Of a stretch of DNA of 64,000 nucleotides, positions 9,137 to 18,763 are shown piece after piece (position 1 is the stretch's first letter; every line of letters begins with the position of its first letter). Source of the stretch: an uncultured Candidatus Saccharibacteria bacterium (GTDB taxonomy: Bacteria > Patescibacteriota > CAZHWT01); the NCBI GenBank assembly GCA_964597145.1, contig CAZQWH010000001.1, positions 102,441 to 166,440 on the forward strand, written 5' to 3'. Under the pieces are notes generated by a model. The model saw only the letters and a program-made list of their open reading frames with translations, was not told the DNA's origin and searched no databases. A program made the translations under genes and the position numbers.

Positions 9137-9451
9137 ATGGCCAAACGAGTATCAGCGGATGTTGCAACCTCATTTGAAGATCTAGGCAAGGTGCGAATTC
9201 GCCGGCTTATGGTGGTGCGAACCGACGGTAAATGTATGATCTCATTTACTCTGTTGCGCAACCGTTCCAACATACCTGCGGTAGGGAATCGCCGGGAGTG
9301 GAATGAGGTGTGCACTCTGGACGGGGAGGAGCTACCTATGACGCCTGACCCCTACGGTTATACTGGCTGGCGGATCGACTATGCATTGAGCCCCGAAGAA
9401 CTAGATCGGTTGGTGTGTGCATATCACTTTCCGCTCAAAGGTGCTCGCTGA
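9137..9451 (+). CDS. Hypothetical protein
   Basis: 104-aa ORF with a GGAG-like RBS (gctaggagagcaggcATG). Confidence 0.35.
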   Translation: MAKRVSADVATSFEDLGKVRIRRLMVVRTDGKCMISFTLLRNRSNIPAVGNRREWNEVCTLDGEELPMTPDPYGYTGWRIDYALSPEELDRLVCAYHFPLKGAR

Positions 9452-9513
9452 AGGTTGCCGTTGTTGACTACAACACCCCATTTGCCGTCGTGCAGGTGGG
9501 GTGTTTGGTTATG

Positions 9514-9735
9514 GGGGACGTATCTCGTATATCAGTTTTTAGTTTTTAGATTTTGATTTGGTATTGGTGATTTCGAACTTGTGATTTGTTTCGACTTCGT
9601 CGAACGGCAGGCACGGATTTCGGATTTCGTACTTCGTATTTCACTCATCGCATCCCGAATTCCGCTCGCTTCGCCATAGCGAAAGCGAGGTGAGCATCCC
9701 GCATCCCTTTTCCGTATCCTGTATCCTAATACCTA
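9514..9735 (+). repeat. Composite intergenic repeat: AT-rich tcgaaatt module plus catcccgcatcc...tgtatcc module
   Basis: Homologous to 27822-27958, the reverse complement of 35790-35945, 63445-63570 and 36068-36088. Confidence 0.6.
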
Positions 9736-10427
9736 TGCAGTACATTCTATATAGCATCCTCCAGCTAGGTGTATTGTATTGGCTAGCCAATCAGCTACAG
9801 CGCCAATTAATGCAACTGTTCTACCGTTTGCTCAAAACGCCCCACCATGTAGCCTGGGCCATGAATCTCTTATTCTGGCCAGGAGTATTAGTCCATGAGT
9901 TATCTCATTTGCTTGTTGGTAGATTAGTATTAGTCAAAACCCGTGGGCTAACTATAGTGCCAAAATTAATGCCGAACAACACTGTCCAAATGGGTAGCGT
10001 GCAAGTTCCATCCACCGATCGGCTACGCTTCTTTATAATTGGCGTGGCACCAATTTTTGTTGGCCTCGGCATAATTTTTGGGTTGCTTTGGCTGGCAGAG
10101 CAGCAGCAACTGTGGGGTTATTGGGGGTGGTGGCTAGCAGTAGGTTACGCCATTTTTCAAATTGCCAATAATATGTTTTTAAGTTCCAGCGATCTCCGCG
10201 GTGCACTTACCTTAGGTATAGTAATAGTTTTGAGTGTGGGGCTGTTAAGATGGATGGGCGTCGGGTTGTCGGCTGGCTGGATTGAACCCTGGTTGGCGCA
10301 ACACCAAGCTATTCTAGCCCAGGTCCAACGCTGGCTGTGGGTGCCAATCATAATTGATACCTTTATCCTACTGTTATTTGGATTAAGCCGCTGGTTGCTG
10401 CACAGTCTAAGCCGTCACGGCGTGTAA
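9735..10427 (+). CDS. Polytopic membrane protein with HExxH motif (putative zincin, DUF3267-like)
   Basis: VLVHELSHLLVG lies within a TM segment, and there are multiple TM helices. The ATG at 9735 was chosen because the upstream Met lies inside the repeat. Confidence 0.45.
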   Translation: MQYILYSILQLGVLYWLANQLQRQLMQLFYRLLKTPHHVAWAMNLLFWPGVLVHELSHLLVGRLVLVKTRGLTIVPKLMPNNTVQMGSVQVPSTDRLRFFIIGVAPIFVGLGIIFGLLWLAEQQQLWGYWGWWLAVGYAIFQIANNMFLSSSDLRGALTLGIVIVLSVGLLRWMGVGLSAGWIEPWLAQHQAILAQVQRWLWVPIIIDTFILLLFGLSRWLLHSLSRHGV

Positions 10428-10537
10428 ATCATAGAGCCTTAGCCAAAGCCAAGTATAAAAAATATAGGAGGAGATAAACAATATAAGGTAAAGTTGGGAC
10501 AGAGTCGCAAGATGCGCTCTGTCCCAACCAGGCTTAG

Positions 10538-11233
10538 TTAGGCATCAATGTGCCAAAATTCTTCACCTCGAAACTGATTAATACAGTAACCTTGCTGGTG
10601 GACTGCATTAATCAAGTCTGGCAGGGCGGCTACCGTGTTTGGCTGGATGTCATGCAAAAGCACAACTCCGCCAGGCTCAAGATTGGTAATAACCCGGTCA
10701 ATAATTTCGGCTGAGGACAATCCATCCCAATCTCGGATATCCAGCGCATTAGTCCATGTTACAGCTGTCATACCTCGGCTCTCAATGAGGTCGAGCACAT
10801 GAGGGGTATAGTCGCCATATGGTGGCCGGACATACACCGGAGTGGGAGCTCCAGCTGCCACGATTGCCGCACTAGTTTGGTCGAGCTGTCGTAGCACCTC
10901 TTCATCACTCAACTGAGTCAGGTAAGGGTGGTTCCAGGTATGGTTTTGAACTTGGTGTCCTTCGGCAACCATGCGCTGAATAATGGCCTCATCGCCATCA
11001 ATTTCAGAGCCAATAACGAAGAAGGTCGTCTTTATCCCGTGCTTAGCCAGGATGTCCAAGACAACCGGTGTTAATTCGGTATTTGGTCCATCGTCGAAGG
11101 TAAAGGCAATTGTGCCCGCACAACGATTGGGGCGGGGAGTAATGGTATTATCGGCGGTTACTGCAACAGCTTGAGTAACCATCAATAGACCAATTGCCAT
11201 GAGCGTCCGCATCAACCACCAAAGGTTAACCAT
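10538..11233 (-). CDS. Polysaccharide deacetylase (NodB homology domain), secreted
   Basis: Signal peptide, then FTFDDGPN ... TFFVIG ... HTWNHP NodB motifs. Confidence 0.75.
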   Translation of the reverse strand: MVNLWWLMRTLMAIGLLMVTQAVAVTADNTITPRPNRCAGTIAFTFDDGPNTELTPVVLDILAKHGIKTTFFVIGSEIDGDEAIIQRMVAEGHQVQNHTWNHPYLTQLSDEEVLRQLDQTSAAIVAAGAPTPVYVRPPYGDYTPHVLDLIESRGMTAVTWTNALDIRDWDGLSSAEIIDRVITNLEPGGVVLLHDIQPNTVAALPDLINAVHQQGYCINQFRGEEFWHIDA

Positions 11234-11598
11234 GTGTCTACTCCTTGCCTCTTGTATAACGGTAGCCTTCCATTGGCCAAACGGGCGTAGTCTAACATAG
11301 ACTGGTTAATATATCAACCTATAGTCATACACAGATCTTGATCGGTCGCCCGCTACGCTATAGATACAACAGCTCATAGTTTTTGATAGAGTAGTTAGGT
11401 ACTGTAGCGGCAAGCCATAGCTTGACAGATCGTAATCCGGCCCGTATAATCCACAACTTGTGTGCCAGGCAAGCTATATATCGAGCCTGGAGGCAATCAA
11501 AACTGTAGTTGCACTAGTTAAACAGTCACAACTACAGTCAGAGAACCTTAACAACCTGAGTGCTAGAAAATGCTGTCGGTAGGCAAGAATCCTTAGGT

Positions 11599-12720
11599 AT
11601 GGAGTGGCACATGTCTGACAATTCGAAAGTGGTGACGTTGATTCCAGCTCACAATGAGCAAGATCAGATTGAGGAAACTATTGCCTCACTCTACAATCAG
11701 ACTCGACCACCCGACCAGGTGCTCGTCATAGCCGACAATTGCACGGATAATACAGTAGCCATTGTCCAATGCTTGATGCGAGTCTATCCAACCCTAGAAA
11801 TCTTTGAAACAGTTGGCAACAAAGCCAAGAAAGCCGGTGCCCTTAATCAGGGCGTTGCTCGATTGCAGCCAAGGCAATGGGACTATCTGCTCCAGATGGA
11901 TGCTGATACCGTCCTTGATTGTCAGCTACTCGAGCAAGCACTAAAGGAGTTTGAACGCGAACCGCAACTGGCGGGTGTTGGCTCCCGGTGTTTTCTCAAG
12001 ACATTCGATGACACTGTTAACTGGTGGGGTCGCACATTGTGGCGGTTCCAAAATTTAGAATACGGCATCGCCGACAGTCGCCATATTCAGCGCAATGGCA
12101 AGGCCAAAGTGCTGGCTGGAGCAGTCTGCCTCTATCGGATGGACGTCCTACAACAAGTAGTGCGTCAAAACTGGAACGAGTTTGATCGGCTCGTCATCTG
12201 GCGAGAAGATTCTCTGGTGGAAGACTATGAGCTAACGCTTGATACCCAAAAAATTGGCTACAAAGCCGAGATTGGGCTAAAGATGTTTAGCTATACCGAC
12301 GCCATGTTCTCGCTTCGCGACCTATGGAAGCAACGCTTCCGTTGGTATGGAGGCACAGCGGCTACTCTCAGGCGTCGCGGGTTCGCTCGCGAAGTGCTAA
12401 GTGAAACGATTATCCAATCGTTTTACGTACTAATCATTATGAGTAGGCTGCTGATGCTAGCCATGGTTGCAACCATGGCTGGCTGGGGTTTAGTTGGTAC
12501 TGCCCCAATCCAGTTCTCGTTCACCGTCTGGCTCCTGCCAATGGTGGGGCTCATTCTGGTCAATTACGTCTACCGATTCCGTTATACCCGGAACCGGGAT
12601 TTTCCGCAGTGGTTATTAGTGGTGTCGCTCGTACCAATTGAGCTTTACATCACCTATGACCAATTTCTAACTCTTCTTGCGTATACCAAAAACCTGCTCA
12701 ATCCGAGCAAGTCATGGTAG
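11599..12720 (+). CDS. Processive family-2 glycosyltransferase (PgaC/NodC/cellulose-synthase-like), membrane
   Basis: GT2 motifs (IPAHNEQDQIEETI, DADT), the Q(R)xRW motif (KQRFRW) and C-terminal TM helices. Confidence 0.7.
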   Translation: MEWHMSDNSKVVTLIPAHNEQDQIEETIASLYNQTRPPDQVLVIADNCTDNTVAIVQCLMRVYPTLEIFETVGNKAKKAGALNQGVARLQPRQWDYLLQMDADTVLDCQLLEQALKEFEREPQLAGVGSRCFLKTFDDTVNWWGRTLWRFQNLEYGIADSRHIQRNGKAKVLAGAVCLYRMDVLQQVVRQNWNEFDRLVIWREDSLVEDYELTLDTQKIGYKAEIGLKMFSYTDAMFSLRDLWKQRFRWYGGTAATLRRRGFAREVLSETIIQSFYVLIIMSRLLMLAMVATMAGWGLVGTAPIQFSFTVWLLPMVGLILVNYVYRFRYTRNRDFPQWLLVVSLVPIELYITYDQFLTLLAYTKNLLNPSKSW

Positions 12721-12796
12721 GAAGGAGTTGCGTAGTAGGTAGATAGAGAATCTCTTCTCTTCATTTATGTTGATCCGCTAAAGGAGTTTCACAGGT

Positions 12797-13003
12797 ATGA
12801 CCGGTACCAGCAAGATCATGACAGTCACGGCCCTACCATCAGCTGGCGCTGGTGCAGCCTTCGCCGCCTCCACCCAAGATAACCTGTGGTTATCACAACC
12901 AATGTGGGTGTTAACCATTGCCCTGGTTTTCCTAACCATTGGGCTAATGACTCAGACTCACATTAACCGTGGCCGTTTGCGTCGCGCGGGCCGGCTAGAC
13001 TAG
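12797..13003 (+). CDS. Small hypothetical membrane protein
   Basis: 68-aa ORF with a signal/TM segment. Confidence 0.3.
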   Translation: MTGTSKIMTVTALPSAGAGAAFAASTQDNLWLSQPMWVLTIALVFLTIGLMTQTHINRGRLRRAGRLD

Positions 13004-13225
13004 CATCTCAGGTATCGTGTTTTAGGACCAAATTAGTCCCAAAGCACATAACCAAACCGAGCGGTTCCCAAAAAGGGAGCCGCTTTTTTCTTGGCGTATG
13101 AGAATTGCTTCAGGCGGCGATCAAAAGAATGTGCACTACACGCAGGATAATATTAATAAGTTAACATCATCCTATAGTATTAACAAATTAGTAAATATAG
13201 GGTACTATTTCACCAGAAAGTTGGC

Positions 13226-13633
13226 TTGTTGTTCTTTGCAAATCAAGGAGTGTGGATAATACAACTTATAGCCTCCGAAGTAGCCTTGCCGGTTACGCCA
13301 GTTCCAACCCACCCCGTCCAAGTTGCAGTTGAGCTAGATGCGTCGTCGTGGCCGGTTCCACAGCTAGTGGACCCGAGCTCTATGCAGAATGCACCAATGC
13401 CGGCAGACGGCGGGTTTATCAACTGGGTGGGAGACCAGTTGATAAATGGACTGGATTGGCTCTTCTTGGGCTACAGCTTTAATAACGCCTTCGTGGCCTA
13501 TGGGGCCATTCTGGGGTTTGCTGTGTACATCATACTGCTTAATCGGATCGATCAGCTGGAACAAACCGAAGCCGATCTAACTCGGAAGCGCGACATACTC
13601 AGTCGCATTGATCCCGACATCGTCGATGCGTGA
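13226..13633 (+). CDS. Hypothetical protein
   Basis: ORF only. Confidence 0.3.
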   Translation: MLFFANQGVWIIQLIASEVALPVTPVPTHPVQVAVELDASSWPVPQLVDPSSMQNAPMPADGGFINWVGDQLINGLDWLFLGYSFNNAFVAYGAILGFAVYIILLNRIDQLEQTEADLTRKRDILSRIDPDIVDA

Positions 13634-13720
13634 GCCCCAATTGCGTTACCAGCACCCAAGGTGGTATACTCCCAGCCGAATTATCAAATTTGTCCGCTTT
13701 ATCCCAGGAGGCGTTACGTC

Positions 13721-14266
13721 ATGATGATTACCATCAGAGAAGTTCCTCAGGATATCGAGCGATTCAGCGGTCAGCCAGTCCGCTCCAGTTCATTGACAGC
13801 TATGGCTCAAATGGTGCACCCCTGTTATTGGTCAATTGTTGGTCAAGCTGTGGTAACCGACCGCATACCGACCACAGATGGTTGCTGGTTGGAACGGCTA
13901 GCCTTCAATGCGCGAGAACGGTCCAAACAAAACCAAAATCGGTCACCAGGAGATATCTATACCATCATAGATGGTAAGCAAAAGCTAAGCTTCCTGGTGC
14001 CGCATCCGAGGTTCGAACAATTGTTTGGCCGACATGCAGTGGTGGACTATAAGCAACATGAGGGAGAAGCGAAAGAGTATGGCTTCGAAATTTCATACGA
14101 CGAGTCATACGATATCAGCTACCATCGCTTGGCTATGGGAGAACCGATGATGTCCCAAGTAGTAACTCGCCAAGTCGTGCACGAGGAGATGGTGCAGCGT
14201 GCCATTAGCATGCTGCGCAAGTTTACCAGCCCAGAAGGAGTTGAGGCAGCTCAACAAATATCCTAA
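13721..14266 (+). CDS. Hypothetical protein
   Basis: ORF followed by a clean rho-independent terminator. Start chosen at ATGATG 13721. Confidence 0.4.
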   Translation: MMITIREVPQDIERFSGQPVRSSSLTAMAQMVHPCYWSIVGQAVVTDRIPTTDGCWLERLAFNARERSKQNQNRSPGDIYTIIDGKQKLSFLVPHPRFEQLFGRHAVVDYKQHEGEAKEYGFEISYDESYDISYHRLAMGEPMMSQVVTRQVVHEEMVQRAISMLRKFTSPEGVEAAQQIS

Positions 14267-14305
14267 ATTACAGAAACAAAGCGGGTCCCAATCAACAACC
14301 CCTTA

Positions 14306-14329
14306 CCCCGCCACTACGGCGGGGTTTTT
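14306..14329 (+). terminator. Rho-independent terminator ccccgcc-actac-ggcgggg-TTTTT
   Basis: 7-bp GC stem, 5-nt loop and a T5 run directly after the ORF end. Confidence 0.7.
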
Positions 14330-14501
14330 ATATAATTCATCTCGCCCCTCCCCTTAAAAATATCCAAGTCTAACGGTGAGCTGTCACGGAAAATAACAGC
14401 CAGGCAACTACTCACGAATAGACCCAATCCCCTAAACTTTTAATCCAGGAGATAAAAGGTTATAATCCCACCACACTCTAAGGTAACCAGAGTATATATT
14501 C

Positions 14502-14927
14502 ATGAGCCATAGCGAATTGCCAGTCAAAGTCCAAGGGATTATCTATCGCCGAACCGCCCGCGACCAGGTAGAAATCTTACTCCTCCAGCGTTCAGTTGAA
14601 GACGGAGGATTCTGGCAAATGCTAACTGGCACTCTAGAATTCAACGAAAGCATCGAAGAAACCATACTGCGAGAGCTCAAAGAAGAAACCGGTCTAACCA
14701 AGCCGCTAGCTATCTCCGAAGAGGTCTATCGGTTCAGCTGGCAAAAACAGGAATATACGGTGGTGGAAATGGTGTTTGGCATAGAAGTATCGGCCAAGTC
14801 TAAAGTAAGATTAAGCCGCGAGCATCAAGACTTTCGGTGGGTACCGCTCAACCAAGCATCGGAATACTTTAGACATGAATCAAGTACAGTAGCCTTGGAG
14901 GCGTTTAGGGAAATTGTTTTGGTTTAG
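14502..14927 (+). CDS. NUDIX hydrolase
   Basis: Nudix box ETILRELKEETGL. Confidence 0.75.
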   Translation: MSHSELPVKVQGIIYRRTARDQVEILLLQRSVEDGGFWQMLTGTLEFNESIEETILRELKEETGLTKPLAISEEVYRFSWQKQEYTVVEMVFGIEVSAKSKVRLSREHQDFRWVPLNQASEYFRHESSTVALEAFREIVLV

Positions 14928-15112
14928 CGATATTTTGCCGACGCATACATCTCAATGCAGTCAGTAGCATTAAGTTGCATAGCAGGTTACATAACTTGCC
15001 GTTATCTTTACTCAGGACTCAATGGCTGCATACAATCATTGCGACTCTGCCATCCAGGTGGTATACTCCGCCAAACTGGACGATTGGGATTGACTGAGCA
15101 AAGGAGGCGTCA

Positions 15113-15469
15113 ATGTCAACACAAGGGTGTAATGAGATTGTCCGCGTTTACCCCGTTCCAATGGATGAGAAAGGTCAACATTTCAACAGTCCTTGCTGGA
15201 TCATTGCTCCAGATGGCCAGACACTGCTGATTGTCGGGGTATTCATAGAAGACCAGTCCCATCCACTCATCGGACCGTCTGGCCAAAAACTGAACGTATG
15301 CTTATTCGGCCTAGCCGATGGTATTATCACCATTTACGAAGCAGAGAGCGTACACCAGACCTACAAGTACGAGAGACAAAAACTGCAAGAATTGTTCAAG
15401 AGGATTCAGCAATTCATCCTCAATCCCGAGCGACATCCAACTTCCTACCTGGACTTGCAAGAAGAGTAG
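15113..15469 (+). CDS. Hypothetical protein
   Basis: ORF with a gcaaaggagg RBS. Confidence 0.35.
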   Translation: MSTQGCNEIVRVYPVPMDEKGQHFNSPCWIIAPDGQTLLIVGVFIEDQSHPLIGPSGQKLNVCLFGLADGIITIYEAESVHQTYKYERQKLQELFKRIQQFILNPERHPTSYLDLQEE

Positions 15470-15692
15470 AGTTATCTTCACCACGCACCCTGGGTATTGC
15501 TACCTGGGGTGCAGATCATCTATTCACATTTTTCTCCAACATGTTAAAGAATAAATATATATTTATATACTTATTTATTACACCCTACGCACTACTCACT
15601 ACCAACTACTCAAAATGATTTGCATTTTGCCGTCTCAGATAGATGATGCTATAATCTGGACATCGGAAAGGCAGAGATGAGAGGAGTGAGAC

Positions 15693-16229
15693 GTGCAGCT
15701 CTCTTTGGATAGTCAGACTGCAGATTATTGTCTTGTCCAGTTGCAGCTGGGCGACTTGGGTCCCAACGGTATACATTACCACATCTTGGCTTTACTGGAA
15801 GATCTAGCCATAGATGGTGTCGATAGTGTCGAGTCATCATTGTTGGAACGATTCCTGCAGCTGCCGGATGCAATTGTTGATATGGCAGAAGATATGGTTG
15901 AAGAGCTGAATATAGACCCTCTCTTTACCAGACTACAGAATATTGCCGACGGTCGCCGATCTCTATTAGTTGCCCGATTAACATTGCACGAGGATGGCCT
16001 CGATCCAGTTACCTGGTCAGCCATCGCCAATGTCAAGGAGATTCTCCGAGATTACAATCATCCATTCGACCCTGATTATCAGATCACCGAGCAAGATTTG
16101 GGCTTGATGGACGGCGAATTAGATACGTACCCAGATCCCAAAGTTCGGGTAGAAGGCGGTTGGCGACTCTGGGAAGAATGGCTAGATCATCGCCTCAATG
16201 GCGAACTAGTCAATGCCAACGACAACTAA
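15693..16229 (+). CDS. Hypothetical acidic protein
   Basis: 178-aa ORF rich in Asp/Glu. Confidence 0.4.
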   Translation: MQLSLDSQTADYCLVQLQLGDLGPNGIHYHILALLEDLAIDGVDSVESSLLERFLQLPDAIVDMAEDMVEELNIDPLFTRLQNIADGRRSLLVARLTLHEDGLDPVTWSAIANVKEILRDYNHPFDPDYQITEQDLGLMDGELDTYPDPKVRVEGGWRLWEEWLDHRLNGELVNANDN

Positions 16230-16620
16230 CCCAGCCTGCAGTAGCCAATACACCAGGTGGTGCCCCAGCACCACCTTTTTCTGCTTTGAGTCAAACTAAA
16301 GAATGTACATATCACCAACCACCAACCACCAAACACCAAACACTGCTACAGCATAGCTGGTATCTCTGATGTTTCTACACTTGCCAAGTGGTTATCTCCT
16401 GACACCTAACTTGACTTGAACTTACTCCCTTGCACCCACCCTGCCAGCATTTATCTGAGTTAAATAGGGTTTGTTACGTAGCAAGCTACGTAACATTTTC
16501 CGCTTGCCTGTTGATGATTGAATGATTTAAGCGAATAATACCCGAACATCCTTTTTTATTTTATAGTAGAATGGTTGCTGAGTCGGCTTAGCTTTAAAAA
16601 TACATGGAGAGGTGGTTTCT

Positions 16621-17952
16621 ATGAAAACAATTAAAGTATCAATTCAAGATGAACATACGTTGCTGTTGCAGGAGGATGCCCAGAAGGGGGATTGCATCGA
16701 CCTAAAATCTATACATGAAACCGATATTGATAGGTCCAATGTAGAGGCGGTGATTGAGGCGCTGAAGAATGAAGCATTTGAGGCTGAAGTAGCCAAGCAG
16801 CGCTTGGCTGTAGAGCGGGAAAAATCTCTTGAGCTAAAAATGAAAGAGCAAGAACTTTTACACAAAATTAATCAACTTGAGAAAGAAGCAGCCAATGCCG
16901 TAGAGTTGGCACAAACTAAAACTAAAAGTGAGCTACAGGAAGAGTTGACTAAAAAAGAGACAGAAATCACCAAATTACAATCTCAACTCCAATCGCAAAC
17001 CCAAACTTCAGAGTCGGATAAAAGGTTAGCCCTCGCTGAAGCTGTCGGCCGAATAGAAAAAGAACGCGATCAACTGGCTTATGAACTCAAGAACAAGGAA
17101 TCTGAGAAGCAAGCCGAAGTCTTGCGACTAAACGAAAAGTTCCAAAATGAGCTGAAGACTAGAGATGAAATGATCGCCTACTACAAGGATATGAAGGCCA
17201 AACTGTCGACCAAGATGGTGGGTGAGACATTGGAACAGCATTGTGAGATTGAGTTTGAACGATTGCGAGCCACGGCTTTCCAAAAGGCTATCTTTGGCAA
17301 AGACAACGATGCCAGTAGCGGCAGTAAAGGCGACTATATTTACCGGGAAACTGATGAACAGGGCAATGAATTGATCTCTATCATGTTTGAAATGAAAAAT
17401 GAAGGGGAGGAGACGGCCACCAAGAAGCGTAACGATGATTTCTTGAAAGAGCTAGATAAAGATCGAATTGAGAAAAAATGTGAATATGCCGTGTTGGTTA
17501 GCCTACTAGAGTCTGATAGTGAACTCTACAATGGTGGCATTGTCGACAAATCGCACCAGTATAGCAAGATGTATGTTATCCGGCCTCAGTTTTTTATCCC
17601 GATGATTACGGTTTTGCGTAACGCGGCTCTCAATTCGCTGCAATACAAAGCTGAGCTGGCGATGGTGCGAAGTCAGAATATTGATGTGACGAATTTTGAA
17701 AATCAGCTGAGTGATTTTCAGACTGCTTTTGGTCGAAGTTTCAAACTAGCTCATGATCGCTTTTCCGACGCTATTGAAAACATCGATAAGTCTATTGCCC
17801 AGCTACAGAAAACCAAAGAAAATCTGCTAAAAGCTGACGATCACTATCGCATCGCCAACAGCAAGGCGGACGACTTAACCGTCAAAAAACTGACTCATGG
17901 CAATTCGACCATGACCGCCAAGTTTGCTGAGATTAAACCAGATAACCGTTAG
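16621..17952 (+). CDS. DUF2130/RmuC-like coiled-coil protein with C-terminal PD-(D/E)xK-like motif
   Basis: About 200 aa of heptad-rich E/K/Q coiled coil, then GDYIYRETDEQGNELISIMFEMK (D ... E-x-K). ggagaggtg RBS 6 nt before ATG 16621. Confidence 0.55.
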   Translation: MKTIKVSIQDEHTLLLQEDAQKGDCIDLKSIHETDIDRSNVEAVIEALKNEAFEAEVAKQRLAVEREKSLELKMKEQELLHKINQLEKEAANAVELAQTKTKSELQEELTKKETEITKLQSQLQSQTQTSESDKRLALAEAVGRIEKERDQLAYELKNKESEKQAEVLRLNEKFQNELKTRDEMIAYYKDMKAKLSTKMVGETLEQHCEIEFERLRATAFQKAIFGKDNDASSGSKGDYIYRETDEQGNELISIMFEMKNEGEETATKKRNDDFLKELDKDRIEKKCEYAVLVSLLESDSELYNGGIVDKSHQYSKMYVIRPQFFIPMITVLRNAALNSLQYKAELAMVRSQNIDVTNFENQLSDFQTAFGRSFKLAHDRFSDAIENIDKSIAQLQKTKENLLKADDHYRIANSKADDLTVKKLTHGNSTMTAKFAEIKPDNR

Positions 17953-18067
17953 TTTGATTTGTCCATTTTGCAGAGTTTCGAGGCCAGGTATTACTTATTT
18001 TGACAGCGGACAAGTTGCTCGGTATACTTGCTCGTATCTGAAGTTGTCAAATCCAGGAGAGACGAAC

Positions 18068-18445
18068 ATGGGAGATGTGGTTGACAAGAATCGCAAGATC
18101 GACAATGCGATCATAATCGTGGGATCCATGGCGGGGTTGGCTTGGGTTGTTGGATTGCTTCTGAACCTCTATACCGATTTTGTAACCTGGCCCGTATCCT
18201 TGATTGTGCCGTATTCCTTTGGGCCAGGATTTATAGGCATTCTGGCTTTTGCAGCCTACGGAATCAACGACAGCTTTCACCAAAGAAGTACTCGGCAACG
18301 ATTGTCAGACGATAGCGCAATGAGAAAAAGAGAGTGGAAAAAGGCACGTCAGGTTTGTGAGCGCACGGGCCATGATTGGTGGTATCTAGGCACTATTCAC
18401 CGAGAGTGCAAACGCTGTAGAGCAAAACAAACCCAAGATATTTAA
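18068..18445 (+). CDS. Hypothetical membrane protein with C-terminal Cys/His cluster
   Basis: Two TM helices, then CERTGHDWWYLGTIHRECKRC. Co-directional with and immediately after the DUF2130-like gene. Confidence 0.4.
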   Translation: MGDVVDKNRKIDNAIIIVGSMAGLAWVVGLLLNLYTDFVTWPVSLIVPYSFGPGFIGILAFAAYGINDSFHQRSTRQRLSDDSAMRKREWKKARQVCERTGHDWWYLGTIHRECKRCRAKQTQDI

Positions 18446-18472
18446 CCGAACCGAGATTATGCAGCTCGCACT

Positions 18473-18500
18473 GCCCCGCCTAGAGAGGCGGGGCATTTTT
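18473..18500 (+). terminator. Rho-independent terminator gccccgcc-tagaga-ggcggggc-ATTTTT
   Basis: Same CCCCGCC/GGCGGGG stem family as at 14306, 28904, 32041, 32998 and 36777. Confidence 0.6.
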
Positions 18501-18600
18501 GCTACGCAAATTGCCACTCTTGAGGTGTAGTCTAATCCGACATCGGATGTCGATATCTCCGGCGACGTCGGGATATAGTTGTTTTAATGCTACAACGGTT

Positions 18601-18648
18601 ATTACCACCCCCCCCCCCCCCGAGGTGGTAATCCTCTGACACCTCGGG
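18601..18648. promoter_or_regulatory. Hairpin with a 14-nt poly-C loop (C run 18608-18621), plus a second overlapping hairpin
   Basis: attaccacc-C14-ga-ggtggtaat, then ccgaggtg...cacctcgg. It lies upstream of the CDF gene. Confidence 0.5.
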
Positions 18649-18763
18649 AGGATGATTAATTCGAAGTAAATAAGTGCAAATCTATACTGTATAGGTTTAA
18701 CTTGCAGCCAGCTCCGGGTGGGGCATACAATAAAAGTAGTCTTTAGAGCACCCATCTTCTCAT

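Noticed and set aside
18480-18755. 91-aa ORF on the minus strand
   Set aside because: It spans the terminator hairpin and the poly-C hairpin, has no RBS, and its sequence (GGGGVVITVV) is translation of the homopolymer.
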